A stretch of 64,000 nucleotides of DNA from an uncultured Thermoleophilia bacterium (GCA_963702475.1 CAVPCT010000006.1:32001-96000); one strand, 5' to 3'; shown: positions 19,574 through 29,469, counted from the first letter of the stretch. Notes: generated by a model not told the origin, from the sequence alone. Program-made: numbers and translations.

Positions 19574-20449
19574 ATGCTGACGATCCTCTTCGGCCTCGGC
19601 ACGTCGGTCGGGTACGCCCTGCACGACTTCCTCATGGTGAAGGTCGTGCGTGCCGTCTCGGTGTGGACGGGCCTCACCTGGTCGATGGGGACCGCGCTCG
19701 TCATCCTGTTCCCGCTGGCGATGATCCTCGACGGCCCGCCGGCGGGCGGCGCGGAGTGGCGCGCCGCCGGCTTCGGCGTGCTGAGCGGTCTGGCTGAGGC
19801 CGCGGGCCTCGCTGCGCTGCTCCGCGGCCTCGTCGTCGGCCGGCTCTCGCTGGTCACGCCGCTGGCGTCGCTCTCGGGGGGTTTCGTCGCGGCCGTCATG
19901 ATCCTCCGCGGCGAGGCGGTCACCCCGCTGCTCGCCGCGGGCCTCGTGCTCGCCGTGGTCGGCGGCTTGCTGGCCTCCATCGAGCGGGTGCCCAAAGAGG
20001 AGGTGTTCGGGCCCGACGCGCGCCCCACGAGGAGGACGCGCGCCACGGCAGGCGCCGGCTGGGCGCTCTTCTCCGCCGTGCTCTTCAGCGTCGCCATGCT
20101 CGTGCTCGCCGAGGCCGGCGCCATCCGCCCCGTCTCGCTCGCCGCGTTCGGGAGGATCGGCACCGTCGCGGTGATGCTGCCGGTGGCCCTGCTGCTTCGG
20201 CGGCTGCTGCTGCCGCGGCCCTTGGCCAAACGAGCCATGACCGCGGGCTGCTTCGACGCCGCGGCGTTCGTCTGCATGGCCGCGGCGGTCACTATCGGGC
20301 CGGTCGCCGTGGCCTCGGTGATGTCGGCGCAGGGCGGCCTGGCCGCCGCCGTGCTGGGGTTCGTCTTCCTGCACGAGCGGCTGGCACGCGTGCAGTACGC
20401 CGGCGTTGCGCTCACCTGCGTGGCGGTCGCGTTGCTGGCCGCGGGGTGA
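19574..20449 (+). CDS. DMT/EamA family transporter
   Basis: Multi-TM, LRGE and FLHERL motifs; leaderless -10. Confidence 0.8.
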   Translation: MLTILFGLGTSVGYALHDFLMVKVVRAVSVWTGLTWSMGTALVILFPLAMILDGPPAGGAEWRAAGFGVLSGLAEAAGLAALLRGLVVGRLSLVTPLASLSGGFVAAVMILRGEAVTPLLAAGLVLAVVGGLLASIERVPKEEVFGPDARPTRRTRATAGAGWALFSAVLFSVAMLVLAEAGAIRPVSLAAFGRIGTVAVMLPVALLLRRLLLPRPLAKRAMTAGCFDAAAFVCMAAAVTIGPVAVASVMSAQGGLAAAVLGFVFLHERLARVQYAGVALTCVAVALLAAG

Positions 20450-20513
20450 CAGCAGGCGCCGGCACGGCGCGGCGGGCTTTCGGGGCGTGAGCCGGCCCGG
20501 ATAGACTCGCACC

Positions 20514-21341
20514 GTGCTCACCGTCCTCGCCGGCCTCCTCACAGCGCTCTCGTACTCGACCAGCGACATGCTGTCGCAGCGCATCACGCGCGCGACACGT
20601 CCGCTCACGCAGATGGTGTGGGTCATGGGGTTCGGAGCGATCGTGCTCATCCCCATCGCCCTCGCCATCCGCGGACTCCCGGGCGACGGTGAGTGGGGCG
20701 ACGCCGGCTTGGCTGCGCTCGCCGGCCTGCTGTACTTCTTCGCCCTCCTCATGCTGTTCAAGGGCCTGAGCACCGGCGACCTCGGCCTGGTCTCGGCCTT
20801 GGCCTCCCTGCAGGCAGCCTACGTCGCCGTGGTCGTGATCGCGCTGGGAGAGCCGGTGACGCCGGTGATGGGTGTCGCCCTTGGCCTCTGCGTCTGCGGC
20901 GGCCTGCTGGCCTCCTTCGAGGGTCGCGCGAGGACGGCACGAGGGGCGGTGTGGGCCCTGCTGTGCGGTCTCACGTTCTCCGGCGTGCTGCTCTGCTACA
21001 ACTACAGCGAGCTCGACTGGCTGTCGGAGGCCGCCCTCTCGCGCAGCGTGTCGCTGGCCGTCGCCGTCCCCATTGCGCTGTTCACCGGGAGCGTCGTCGT
21101 GCCCAGGGCCCTGCGTGTCACGGCGATTGGCGCGGGCGCGTTCGAGGTCTGTGGCCTGCTGCTGCTCACCATCACGTTCAGTCTGGGTCCGGCCACCATA
21201 GCCGGTGTGACCACGTCGCAGTTCGGGACGTTCGGCGTGTTGCTCGGCTACGTGTTCCTGCGCGAGCGGCCCAAACCGAACCAGTGGGCGGGCATCGTCT
21301 GCACCCTCGCCGGGGTGAGCGTGCTCACGGCGCTCGTCTGA
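20514..21341 (+). CDS. DMT/EamA family transporter (paralog of the upstream gene)
   Basis: Multi-TM, LGEP and FLRERP motifs. Confidence 0.8.
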   Translation: MLTVLAGLLTALSYSTSDMLSQRITRATRPLTQMVWVMGFGAIVLIPIALAIRGLPGDGEWGDAGLAALAGLLYFFALLMLFKGLSTGDLGLVSALASLQAAYVAVVVIALGEPVTPVMGVALGLCVCGGLLASFEGRARTARGAVWALLCGLTFSGVLLCYNYSELDWLSEAALSRSVSLAVAVPIALFTGSVVVPRALRVTAIGAGAFEVCGLLLLTITFSLGPATIAGVTTSQFGTFGVLLGYVFLRERPKPNQWAGIVCTLAGVSVLTALV

Positions 21342-21493
21342 GTTGTCGCCGGTCGGCGTCCGGGTGCGAGCCGGCCGCTCGCAGGGCGTGGCCGAGCCAC
21401 GCATCACCGAGATCGATCTGAAGCCCGTGGCGGTCGCCGGGCTCCAGTCCCTGACGCACGCTCTGCGTCGATACGCCGCGCGGGCCGAGAGAG

Positions 21494-22255
21494 TCAGGTC
21501 GGTGGGGCGCCGCCACCGCGCAGCTCAGCGAGCGCTCTCGCGACGATCTGCCGCGTCCAGGCCAGGTGGCTGTGCATGCACGCCCCGGCGCGCTCTGGTT
21601 CGCGGTCGCGGACGGCCGCGAAGACCTCGCCGTGCGCAGCGCGCAGCTCGTCGGCGGGGTGTTCGCGCAGCAACAGGCCGGCGGGCAGGAAGAGTTCCTG
21701 GCGGACCGAGACGACGGCTCGTGCGAGGTGGCTGCTGTGCGCCGCCGCGGCGAGCGCGTCGTGGAATGAGCCGTTCCAGCGCAGCACTGCGGTGTGGCTG
21801 TCCGCGGCGGCGGCGGCCAGGGCGGTCTCGATGGCGGCGAGCTCCTTCGCCGTCCGCCTCTCCGCCGCGAGCCTCGCGACGTGTGACTCGACGATCTCGC
21901 GGAACTCCCACATGTCGTCCACCTCGTCGCCCTTCGCGGCCATCCAGGCGACCCAGATGCGGCTCAGCGTCTCGATGTCCTCGACCCTGGTGCCGCCCCG
22001 TGCCCCGCGGCTGGTGACGAGGTAACCGCTGGTCTCGAGCGATCTGAGGCCCAGGCGCAGCGTGAGCTGGGAGATACCGAGGCGCTCGGCGAGATCGCGG
22101 CTGGGCGGCAGCCAGTCTCCGGGGGAGAGCTCGGCAGAGAAGATGAGCCCGCGGATGAGCCGCGCGACGCCGTCGCTGGCGCTGGGCGTGTCGAGGGGAG
22201 GCACGTGCAACACGCCGCCGGCTTTGAGCGATGCCTGTTGCCGCGGTTCGGTCAT
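21494..22255 (-). CDS. GntR/FadR family transcriptional regulator
   Basis: PGDWLPPSRDLAERLGIS HTH plus FCD domain. Confidence 0.9.
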   Translation of the reverse strand: MTEPRQQASLKAGGVLHVPPLDTPSASDGVARLIRGLIFSAELSPGDWLPPSRDLAERLGISQLTLRLGLRSLETSGYLVTSRGARGGTRVEDIETLSRIWVAWMAAKGDEVDDMWEFREIVESHVARLAAERRTAKELAAIETALAAAAADSHTAVLRWNGSFHDALAAAAHSSHLARAVVSVRQELFLPAGLLLREHPADELRAAHGEVFAAVRDREPERAGACMHSHLAWTRQIVARALAELRGGGAPPT

Positions 22256-22291
22256 GGCTCCGTGGTCCCGGCGACCGTGCCGGGCGCCTCC

Positions 22292-22320
22292 TTGACCCTA
22301 TTGCGTGAAAGAGTTACGTT
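22292..22320 (+). promoter_or_regulatory. Sigma70-type promoter of the ilvE-oxidoreductase operon
   Basis: TTGACC-N17-TACGTT in an AT-rich divergent intergenic region, overlapped by a TGAAA..TTTCA dyad. Confidence 0.6.
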
Positions 22321-22356
22321 TTCATTATATGGGTATATGTCAAGAGGAAGGGCATC

Positions 22357-23304
22357 GTGGAAGCGCTCGCGTTCAAGGACGGTGAGTTCGTTCCTTGCGC
22401 CGACGTCAGCGTCGGTATCGGGACGCACGCCCTGCACTACGGCACCAACGTCTTCGAGGGCATTCGCGGGTACTGGAGCGCGCAGCGCTCCGAGCTCCAG
22501 CTCTTCCGTGCACAGGACCATTTCGCGCGCCTCCTGGGGTCGGCGCGATTCTACGGCATGACCCTCCCCTACTCGATCGCTCAGCTGTGCGAGATCGCGC
22601 GGGAGATGCTGGGACGGTCGGACGTGCGCCACGACGTCTACGTGCGGCCGATCCTGTACATCTGCAGTGAAGGGATCGGCCTCTGGAGGGCCGACCTCAG
22701 CGAGAGCTTCGTCATGTTCCACGCGCCCATGGGCAGGTATGTCGGCGATGGCGGTGTCCGCTGCTGCGTGAGCACGTGGCGCCGTCCGCACGGCTCCACG
22801 GCGCCGACACGCGCGAAGATCGGCGGCGTGTACGCCTCGCTGGCCCTGGCGCGCCGCGAGGCCATGCAGGCCGGGTTCGACGAGGCCATCACGCTCACGG
22901 TCGACGGGCGGGTGGCCGAGGGCTCGGCGGAGAACATCTTCCTCGTCATCGACGGCAAGCTGGTCACGCCGTCGCTCGGCAGCGACATCCTCGCCGGGAT
23001 CACGCGCGCCACGATCATCGAGCTGGCCGAGAAGGAGCTGGGCCTGCTCACGGTGGAGCGTGACGTGAACCGCAGCGAGCTGGCGTTCGCGGACGAGGTC
23101 TTCTTCACGGGTACCGCGGCGGAGGTGACGCCGGTCGTGGAGATCGACCGGCGCCCGGTGGGCGACGGCCCGCCCGGGCCCGTGACGCAACGGCTCGGGG
23201 CCATCTACGACGAAGTCGTGCACGGTCTCCGCGAGGAGTACTCCTCGTGGCTGCTGCCGGTCTACGCGAACGGACTCCCGGCGGTGGGCGGGGCGCCGCG
23301 ATGA
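22357..23304 (+). CDS. ilvE: Branched-chain amino acid aminotransferase
   Basis: HALHYGTNVFEGIR, AKIGGVY, EGSAENIF, ILAGITR, FFTGTAAEVTPV. Confidence 0.92.
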   Translation: MEALAFKDGEFVPCADVSVGIGTHALHYGTNVFEGIRGYWSAQRSELQLFRAQDHFARLLGSARFYGMTLPYSIAQLCEIAREMLGRSDVRHDVYVRPILYICSEGIGLWRADLSESFVMFHAPMGRYVGDGGVRCCVSTWRRPHGSTAPTRAKIGGVYASLALARREAMQAGFDEAITLTVDGRVAEGSAENIFLVIDGKLVTPSLGSDILAGITRATIIELAEKELGLLTVERDVNRSELAFADEVFFTGTAAEVTPVVEIDRRPVGDGPPGPVTQRLGAIYDEVVHGLREEYSSWLLPVYANGLPAVGGAPR

Positions 23305-25574
23305 TCGAGTTCGTCATCCACGGCCGCGGCGGCCGCGGCGGCGTCACACTCGCCAAGCTCATCGCCGGCGCGTACTACCGTCGCGGCCTGCACGTCCAGG
23401 CCTTCGGCATCTACGGCGCCGAGCGCACCGGGGCGCCGGTACAGGCCTTCGTGCGTGTCGACGAAAGCGAGATCGACGTGTACGGCCCCATCTCCACGCC
23501 CGACAACGTGATCATCGTCGACCCTTCGCTGCTGGCCCCCGCGGCGGCCGGCGGGGCGCGCCCCGGCGGGTGGATCGTCGTGAACACGCCGCATGGCCCC
23601 GAGGCGCTGGCCGGCGTGTTTCCCGGGCGCCGGGTGGCGACGGTCGACGCCAACGCGATCGCCGTCGCCAACGGGCTGGGCTCGGCGGCGGTGCCCATCG
23701 TCAACACGGCGCTGCTCGGCGCCGTCGCCCGCGTGCTCGGCTTGGAGGCCGCGGACGCTGAGGGGGCGCTCGCCGCCGCCGGTCTCGGTGGCCCCAATGT
23801 GACGGCGGCGCGGACGGCGTTCGCCCTGGTCGCCGCCGCCCACGAGCCTGGGCAGATCGCACCTCCGGCTTCCCCGGAGCCACACGCGTCCCTCAGCTTC
23901 CTGGACGAGCGCGTGGGAGCCCGGCCCAGCACGCACACGGGCGCCTGGGCCTCCCGGCGGCCGCACGCCCGCGAGCTGCGTCCGCTGTGCAGCGAGGCCT
24001 GTCCCGCCGGCAACGACGTGCGCCGCTTCGTGCAGGCGGCGGCCACCGGAGACGACGACGGGGCTCTGGCGATCCTCCTGGAGACATCACCGTTCCCCGG
24101 TACCTGCGGCCGCGTCTGTCCCGCGCCGTGCATGGTCCTCTGCAACCGCCGTGAGCTCGACGGCGCCGTGGACGTGCGCGACATCGAACGCGCGCTCGCC
24201 GACCGCGCCGCCTGGCCGCGTCCACGGCGCGTGTCCGGCGGCGCCCCCGTAGCCGTGGTGGGCTCGGGGCCGGCGGGGCTCTCGGGTGCGTATCACCTCG
24301 CGCGTCTGGGTCACTGCGTGACCATCCTGGAGGCCGCATCCGAGCTCGGCGGTCTGCTGCGCACGGGCATCCCTGTGTACCGGCTGCCTCGCAGGGTCGT
24401 CGACCGCGAAGTCGCATTCATCCTCGGCCACGGCGTGGAGGCACGCACGGGGCGGAGGGTCGATCGCGCCGCCCTCGAGAGTCTGGCGCGCGAGTATGCC
24501 GCCGTGCTGGTGGCCACGGGGCAGCAGAGCCTGCGGGCCCTGGACATCTCCGCCGCGCCGGCCGGTCTCATTGAGCAGGGTCTCGACTTCCTCACCCGGG
24601 TGCGGAACGGCACCGGGGACCTCAGGGGGGAGACCGTCGTGGTGGCCGGCGGCGGCAACACGGCCATGGACGCCGCCCGCACTGCCCTGCGCCTGGGAGC
24701 GCGCGACGTTCGCGTCGTGTATCGCCGCACGCGCGCCGAGATGCCGGCCATCCCCGAGGAAGTCGACGAAGCGCTGGAGGAAGGCGTCGTCGTCGACGAG
24801 CTGCTGGTACCAGTCGAGCTTTGCGAGCGCGACGGACACAGCGGTCTCGTGTGCCGGCGCATGACGCTCGGTGCCCCGGACGAGAGCGGGCGGCCGCACC
24901 CGGTCGCCGTCGCGGGTGAGGATGCGCTCGTCCTGGTCTCCTGCGATCGGCTGCTGCTCGCCGTCGGCCAGCATGGGGACCTCTCGCTGCTGCCGCCGAC
25001 GACGGAGTCCCCATGCGACCCCGTGTTCGTGGAAGGCGCCGAGGCGCCGGTCTACCTCTGCGGCGATCTCGCCTTCGGCGACGGTACCGTGGCGGCCGCC
25101 GTCGGCAGCGGCCGCCGGGCCGCGCTGGCGATCCATGCCGCGCTCGCCGGCGGCGCGGCTGCGGGAGTTGCAGGGCGACTCACGGACACTGAGCCGGAAG
25201 ACACGTCGCGCGCCGCGGTGCGGGCACAAGACACGCTCCTCGCCGGACCCGACACCGTGCACCTCAGGGCGTTTCCGCCGATCCCCCGGGAGCCGGTCTC
25301 GCTCCTCTCCCCCCGCGCGCGCCGCCGCGGCTTCGCCGAGGTCCGCCGCGGCTTCGAGGGGCGGCCGGGCCACGACCCCGTGAGGGCGGAGGCGGGCCGC
25401 TGTCTCTCGTGCGGCGCCTGCGCGGCCTGCGACCTCTGCCTCATCTCTTGCCCGGAGGGCGTGCTGGAGCGCGCCCCGGGCTGCCCGCCCCAGGCCGACT
25501 ACGACTACTGCAAGGGTTGCGGGCTCTGCGCCGTGGCATGCCCGCGCGGCGTCCTGTTCACCGAGGCGATCTGA
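23301..25574 (+). CDS. 2-oxoacid:acceptor oxidoreductase gamma subunit fused to a GltD-like FeS/FAD-NAD(P) module and a 2x[4Fe-4S] delta domain
   Basis: HGRGG, YGAERTGAPV (gamma); CSEACP, GRVCPAPC, GSGPAG, GGGNTAMD, YRR; C-terminal RCLSCGAC..C..C..CP and DYDYCKGCGLC. Confidence 0.88.
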   Translation: MIEFVIHGRGGRGGVTLAKLIAGAYYRRGLHVQAFGIYGAERTGAPVQAFVRVDESEIDVYGPISTPDNVIIVDPSLLAPAAAGGARPGGWIVVNTPHGPEALAGVFPGRRVATVDANAIAVANGLGSAAVPIVNTALLGAVARVLGLEAADAEGALAAAGLGGPNVTAARTAFALVAAAHEPGQIAPPASPEPHASLSFLDERVGARPSTHTGAWASRRPHARELRPLCSEACPAGNDVRRFVQAAATGDDDGALAILLETSPFPGTCGRVCPAPCMVLCNRRELDGAVDVRDIERALADRAAWPRPRRVSGGAPVAVVGSGPAGLSGAYHLARLGHCVTILEAASELGGLLRTGIPVYRLPRRVVDREVAFILGHGVEARTGRRVDRAALESLAREYAAVLVATGQQSLRALDISAAPAGLIEQGLDFLTRVRNGTGDLRGETVVVAGGGNTAMDAARTALRLGARDVRVVYRRTRAEMPAIPEEVDEALEEGVVVDELLVPVELCERDGHSGLVCRRMTLGAPDESGRPHPVAVAGEDALVLVSCDRLLLAVGQHGDLSLLPPTTESPCDPVFVEGAEAPVYLCGDLAFGDGTVAAAVGSGRRAALAIHAALAGGAAAGVAGRLTDTEPEDTSRAAVRAQDTLLAGPDTVHLRAFPPIPREPVSLLSPRARRRGFAEVRRGFEGRPGHDPVRAEAGRCLSCGACAACDLCLISCPEGVLERAPGCPPQADYDYCKGCGLCAVACPRGVLFTEAI

Positions 25575-25585
25575 GGGGGAAGGTC

Positions 25586-26758
25586 ATGCCACGAGCCCTC
25601 CTCACCGGGAACCAGGCCGCGGGGACCATGCTGGCCGCCGCCGGCGAGGCCAACCGCGTCGCCCGCGGCTGCTGCAGCGGCTTGTACCCCATCACGCCGC
25701 AGACGGAGATCATGGAGACGCTCATGGCCTACCCGTTCACCAAGGGCGCCATGGTGCCGGTGGAGTCCGAGCACAGCGCCATGGGCGTCTGCATCGGAGC
25801 GTCCATCGCGGGGGGCCGCGCCTTCACGGCGAGCGCCGCCAACGGGCTGCTCTACATGACCGAGAACGTGTTCGCGGCAGGCTACTACCGCCTGCCCATC
25901 GTGCTCGTCGCCTCCAACCGCACCATCGGCCCGCCCTGGAACATCTGGGTCGACCAGGGAGACAGCCTGGCGCTGCGTGATGCCGCCATGCTGCAGTTCT
26001 ACTGCGAATCGCACCAGGACCTCGTGGATACCATCCTCGTCGCCTTCCGCATCGCCGAGGACCCTCGCGTGCTGCTGCCGGCCCTGGTCGCGCAGGACGG
26101 CTTCGTGCTCTCGCACGCGCTCATGGACCTTGACCTCCCCGACCAGGCCCAGGTCGACGCATACCTCCCGCCGCTCGACCTCCCTCACCGCATCCGCCGC
26201 GACCATCCGCGGATCTACGGCGGCATGACGTGGCCGCGCGACACGATGCGGCAGCGCGCGGAGATCGAGCTCGCCATGCAGACGGTGCCCGAGGTCATGC
26301 GGGAGGCCAACGACGAGTTCGAGCGTGTGTTCGGGCGACGTCCGGCAGACGCCTTCCCGGCGGCGCGCACCGCCGACGCCGAGCTCGTTCTCGTCGCCTG
26401 CAACACCATGGCGCGCACGGCTCTCCACGTGGTCGAGTCACGCCGCGCCCGCGGCGAGCGCGTGGGTCTGGTGCGCGCCCGGCTGTTCCGACCGTTCCTG
26501 CGCGAGGCGTTCGTACGGGCGCTCGGCTCGGCGCGCCGCGTGGCCGTCCTCGACCGCGACCACTCTCCCGGCTCGGGAGGCATCTTCTGGGGCGAGGTGG
26601 CGACCAGCCTCGCGGGGCGTGGCGACGTCCTCGTCCAGGACTACGTGGTGGGACTCGGCGGCACCGACGTCGCGCAGTCGTCGATCGACGCCATCGTCGA
26701 CGACCTCGCTGCGCGCGAGCGGGCCGAACCGCCCGTGTTCTTCGAGGAGGTGCGCTGA
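25586..26758 (+). CDS. 2-oxoacid:ferredoxin oxidoreductase alpha subunit
   Basis: YPITPQTE, VESEHSAM, NRTIG, DGFVLSH, GLGG. Confidence 0.92.
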   Translation: MPRALLTGNQAAGTMLAAAGEANRVARGCCSGLYPITPQTEIMETLMAYPFTKGAMVPVESEHSAMGVCIGASIAGGRAFTASAANGLLYMTENVFAAGYYRLPIVLVASNRTIGPPWNIWVDQGDSLALRDAAMLQFYCESHQDLVDTILVAFRIAEDPRVLLPALVAQDGFVLSHALMDLDLPDQAQVDAYLPPLDLPHRIRRDHPRIYGGMTWPRDTMRQRAEIELAMQTVPEVMREANDEFERVFGRRPADAFPAARTADAELVLVACNTMARTALHVVESRRARGERVGLVRARLFRPFLREAFVRALGSARRVAVLDRDHSPGSGGIFWGEVATSLAGRGDVLVQDYVVGLGGTDVAQSSIDAIVDDLAARERAEPPVFFEEVR

Positions 26759-27969
26759 TGGCCGAGGACCAGGAGGGTCCCGTCATGGGCGCGGTCGTCA
26801 CGCGCAGCGAGCCGCTCTGGCGCCCCGGCAACAGTGCCTGCGCCGGCTGCGGCATGTCCCTCGGCCTGCAGTGGCTGGACGACGCGCTGCGCGGCGGCAT
26901 GCTCACGCTCGTCGTGCCGGCGTGCTGCGCAGTGGCCACGCCGGGAGCGTTCCCGGACAGCGCCTACGGCGTACCGGCGGTCGGCAGCACGTTCGCCAGC
27001 GCGCCTGCCGTGGCCACCGGCGTCAGCCGCATCCATCTCCTCAACGCCGAGCCTGATCCTACGATCTGCTGGACCGGCGACGGCGGCACCTACGACATCG
27101 GGCTGGCGACGCTTTCGGCGGCGGCCGAGCGCAACGAGGACATCATCTACGTGTGCTACGACAACGAGATCTACGGCAACACCGGCGGTCAGCGCAGCAG
27201 CGCGACCCCCGCCGGCGCGCGTACGACTACCACGCCGGACGGCAAGCGCGAGCCCAAGAAGGACATCATGGCGATCATGGCGGCGCACGGGGTGCCGTAC
27301 GCCGCCACGCTCTCGCTGGCGCACCGCGACGACTTCATGCGCAAGCTGGCCGTGGCGCAGACCACGCGCGGATTCCGCTTTCTCCTGCTGCTCTCGCCGT
27401 GTCCGGCCGGATGGAAATCCGAGCCCGCCGACACCGTGGAGCTCTCCCGGCTCGCCGTCGCCTGCGGCGTCTTCCCGCTCTACGAGGTGTTCAACGGCCG
27501 CCGCTACCGGATCAACGCGCGCGCCGACGGCACCCCGCTTGGGGCCTACTTCGCGCTGCAGAAGAGGTTCACGGGAGCTGCACTCGACGAGCAGGCCATG
27601 CGCCTGGGCATCGAAGAACGCTGGGCGCGGCTCGAGGCGCTGGCTGCGAACTTCCCCACCACCGACCTCTCCGCGGGCCCCGAGACCGGACACCGCTGGC
27701 TGCGCGTGCTGGTAGAGGACAGACCGTCCGTGCTCGCGCACGTCGCCGCCCAGGTCTCGCGCCGCCGCGTCAACATCGAGACGGTGGTCGTCCGCGCGCT
27801 GCCCGATCGGGCGCACACCTACATCTTCCTGGGCATCGACGCCGACGAGCGCACCGCGGAGCGCGTCGCCAAGGGCATCGCCCGCGTCGACGCCGTCATC
27901 GAGGTCGAGTCGTTCGTGGGCGAGTGTCCGGACCAAGCGGCCGCGGCGGGACCCGCCGGCGGCCGGTGA
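26758..27969 (+). CDS. 2-oxoacid:ferredoxin oxidoreductase beta (TPP) subunit with C-terminal ACT domain
   Basis: ACAGCG, GDGG, DNEIYGNTGGQ, SPCP; tail VLVEDRPSVLAHV..SRRRVNIE. Confidence 0.9.
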   Translation: MAEDQEGPVMGAVVTRSEPLWRPGNSACAGCGMSLGLQWLDDALRGGMLTLVVPACCAVATPGAFPDSAYGVPAVGSTFASAPAVATGVSRIHLLNAEPDPTICWTGDGGTYDIGLATLSAAAERNEDIIYVCYDNEIYGNTGGQRSSATPAGARTTTTPDGKREPKKDIMAIMAAHGVPYAATLSLAHRDDFMRKLAVAQTTRGFRFLLLLSPCPAGWKSEPADTVELSRLAVACGVFPLYEVFNGRRYRINARADGTPLGAYFALQKRFTGAALDEQAMRLGIEERWARLEALAANFPTTDLSAGPETGHRWLRVLVEDRPSVLAHVAAQVSRRRVNIETVVVRALPDRAHTYIFLGIDADERTAERVAKGIARVDAVIEVESFVGECPDQAAAAGPAGGR

Positions 27970-27979
27970 CCGCGAGGGG

Positions 27980-28666
27980 GTGGACGTGACGCTGAACAAG
28001 ATGACCCCGCTCGCCGAGGCCGTCGCCCGGGTCGAGTCCGGCATGACTCTGGCTCTGGCGGGGTTTCTGAGCCAGGGCGTGCCGCTGACCCTGATCAGGG
28101 CGCTGAGAGCGCGCGATGTGCGCGACCTCGAGATCTGGTCCAACGACGGCGGCTACGGCACGGACGGTGTGGTCGAGCTGGTCCTCGCCGGCATGGTCCG
28201 CAGGCTCCACTGCTGCCACATCGGTTACACGCCGGAGCTCGGCAAGGCGGTCGAGGCGGGGCGTTGCGAGCTGGAGTGGGTACCGCAGGGCAACCTCATC
28301 GAGATGCTGCGCTGCGGCGGGGCCGGCCTGGGCGGCTTTCTGACGCCGGTCGGCGTCGGGACCGCCGTGGAGGCCGGCCACGAGGTCGTCGCCGTGGACG
28401 GTGTGCGCTACCTGTGGGAGCGCGCCGTGCGTACCGACGTCTCCTTCGTGCGCGCCCACGCCGGCGACACATACGGCAACCTCTGCTTCCGCGGCACGTC
28501 GCGCAACTACAACACTGTCGTGGCGACGTGTGCCGACTACGTGGTGGCTGAGGTCGAGCACTGCTACAGCATCGGTGAGCTCGACCCTGAGAAGGTCCAC
28601 ACGCCCGGGGTGTTCGTAGACGCCGTCGTGCGCGCTGACGTGACGTACTGCGGGGTGTCCCGATGA
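27980..28666 (+). CDS. 3-oxoacid CoA-transferase subunit A
   Basis: PQGNLIE, GGAGLGGFLTPVGVGT, GNL, RNYN, VHTPGVFVD. Confidence 0.92.
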   Translation: MDVTLNKMTPLAEAVARVESGMTLALAGFLSQGVPLTLIRALRARDVRDLEIWSNDGGYGTDGVVELVLAGMVRRLHCCHIGYTPELGKAVEAGRCELEWVPQGNLIEMLRCGGAGLGGFLTPVGVGTAVEAGHEVVAVDGVRYLWERAVRTDVSFVRAHAGDTYGNLCFRGTSRNYNTVVATCADYVVAEVEHCYSIGELDPEKVHTPGVFVDAVVRADVTYCGVSR

Positions 28667-29334
28667 GCGATTGCCGCTGCGTGATCGCCGCGCGCGCCGC
28701 GCTCGAGCTCGAGGACGGGCAGGTCACGAACCTCGGCGCCGGCATCCCCATGCTGGTCGCCAACTACATCCCCGAGCACATTGACGTCGTCATCCAGGCG
28801 GAGAACGGCATCCTCGGGGTCGGGCCGGTCTCGGCCCCCGGCACTCAGGACCCGGACAGGCGCAACGCAGGCAACCTGTACGTCACGCTCCTCCCGGGTG
28901 GCTGCTATTTCGACACCGCCACGTCGTTTGCCATGATCCGCAGCGGCCGTGTGTCCGCGACGATGCTCGGCACCCTGCAAGTGGACGAAGAAGGGAACAT
29001 CGCCAACTATGAGATGCCGGGGCGCAAGATCGGCATGGGCGGGGCGATGGACCTGGTGGCCGGGGCGCGCACCGTGTACGTGCTCACGGAGCACTGCACG
29101 AAGGAGGGCGCGCCCAAGCTGGTGCGCCGGTGCACGCTGCCGCTCACCGGCGCCGGCGAGTGCGACGTCGTGATCACCGAGCGCGGCGTCTTTCGCCGGT
29201 ACACGGGCCGCGGCTTCGTCCTCGAAGAGGTGGCCCACGGCCACACGCTCGAGGAGATCGCGGCCTGCACCCAGATGGCCCACGCCGTGGCGGACGACGT
29301 GACGCTCGACGCCTACGGCGATCAAGCCACGTAG
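28663..29334 (+). CDS. 3-oxoacid CoA-transferase subunit B
   Basis: NLGAGIP, AENG (catalytic Glu), GMGGAMDLV, CTLPLTG. Confidence 0.92.
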   Translation: MSDCRCVIAARAALELEDGQVTNLGAGIPMLVANYIPEHIDVVIQAENGILGVGPVSAPGTQDPDRRNAGNLYVTLLPGGCYFDTATSFAMIRSGRVSATMLGTLQVDEEGNIANYEMPGRKIGMGGAMDLVAGARTVYVLTEHCTKEGAPKLVRRCTLPLTGAGECDVVITERGVFRRYTGRGFVLEEVAHGHTLEEIAACTQMAHAVADDVTLDAYGDQAT

Positions 29335-29469
29335 CGGGCCTGACGTGGGGGGCCGCAGGTACACCCCACACCGACGCGCATCGTTTAGACTGTCCCCACT
29401 TCCCGGGGACCCGGCCCCACAAGGGTGGGTGACCGCGCCGCGCCCGGCAGGATCAAGGAGTCCCGTCTC

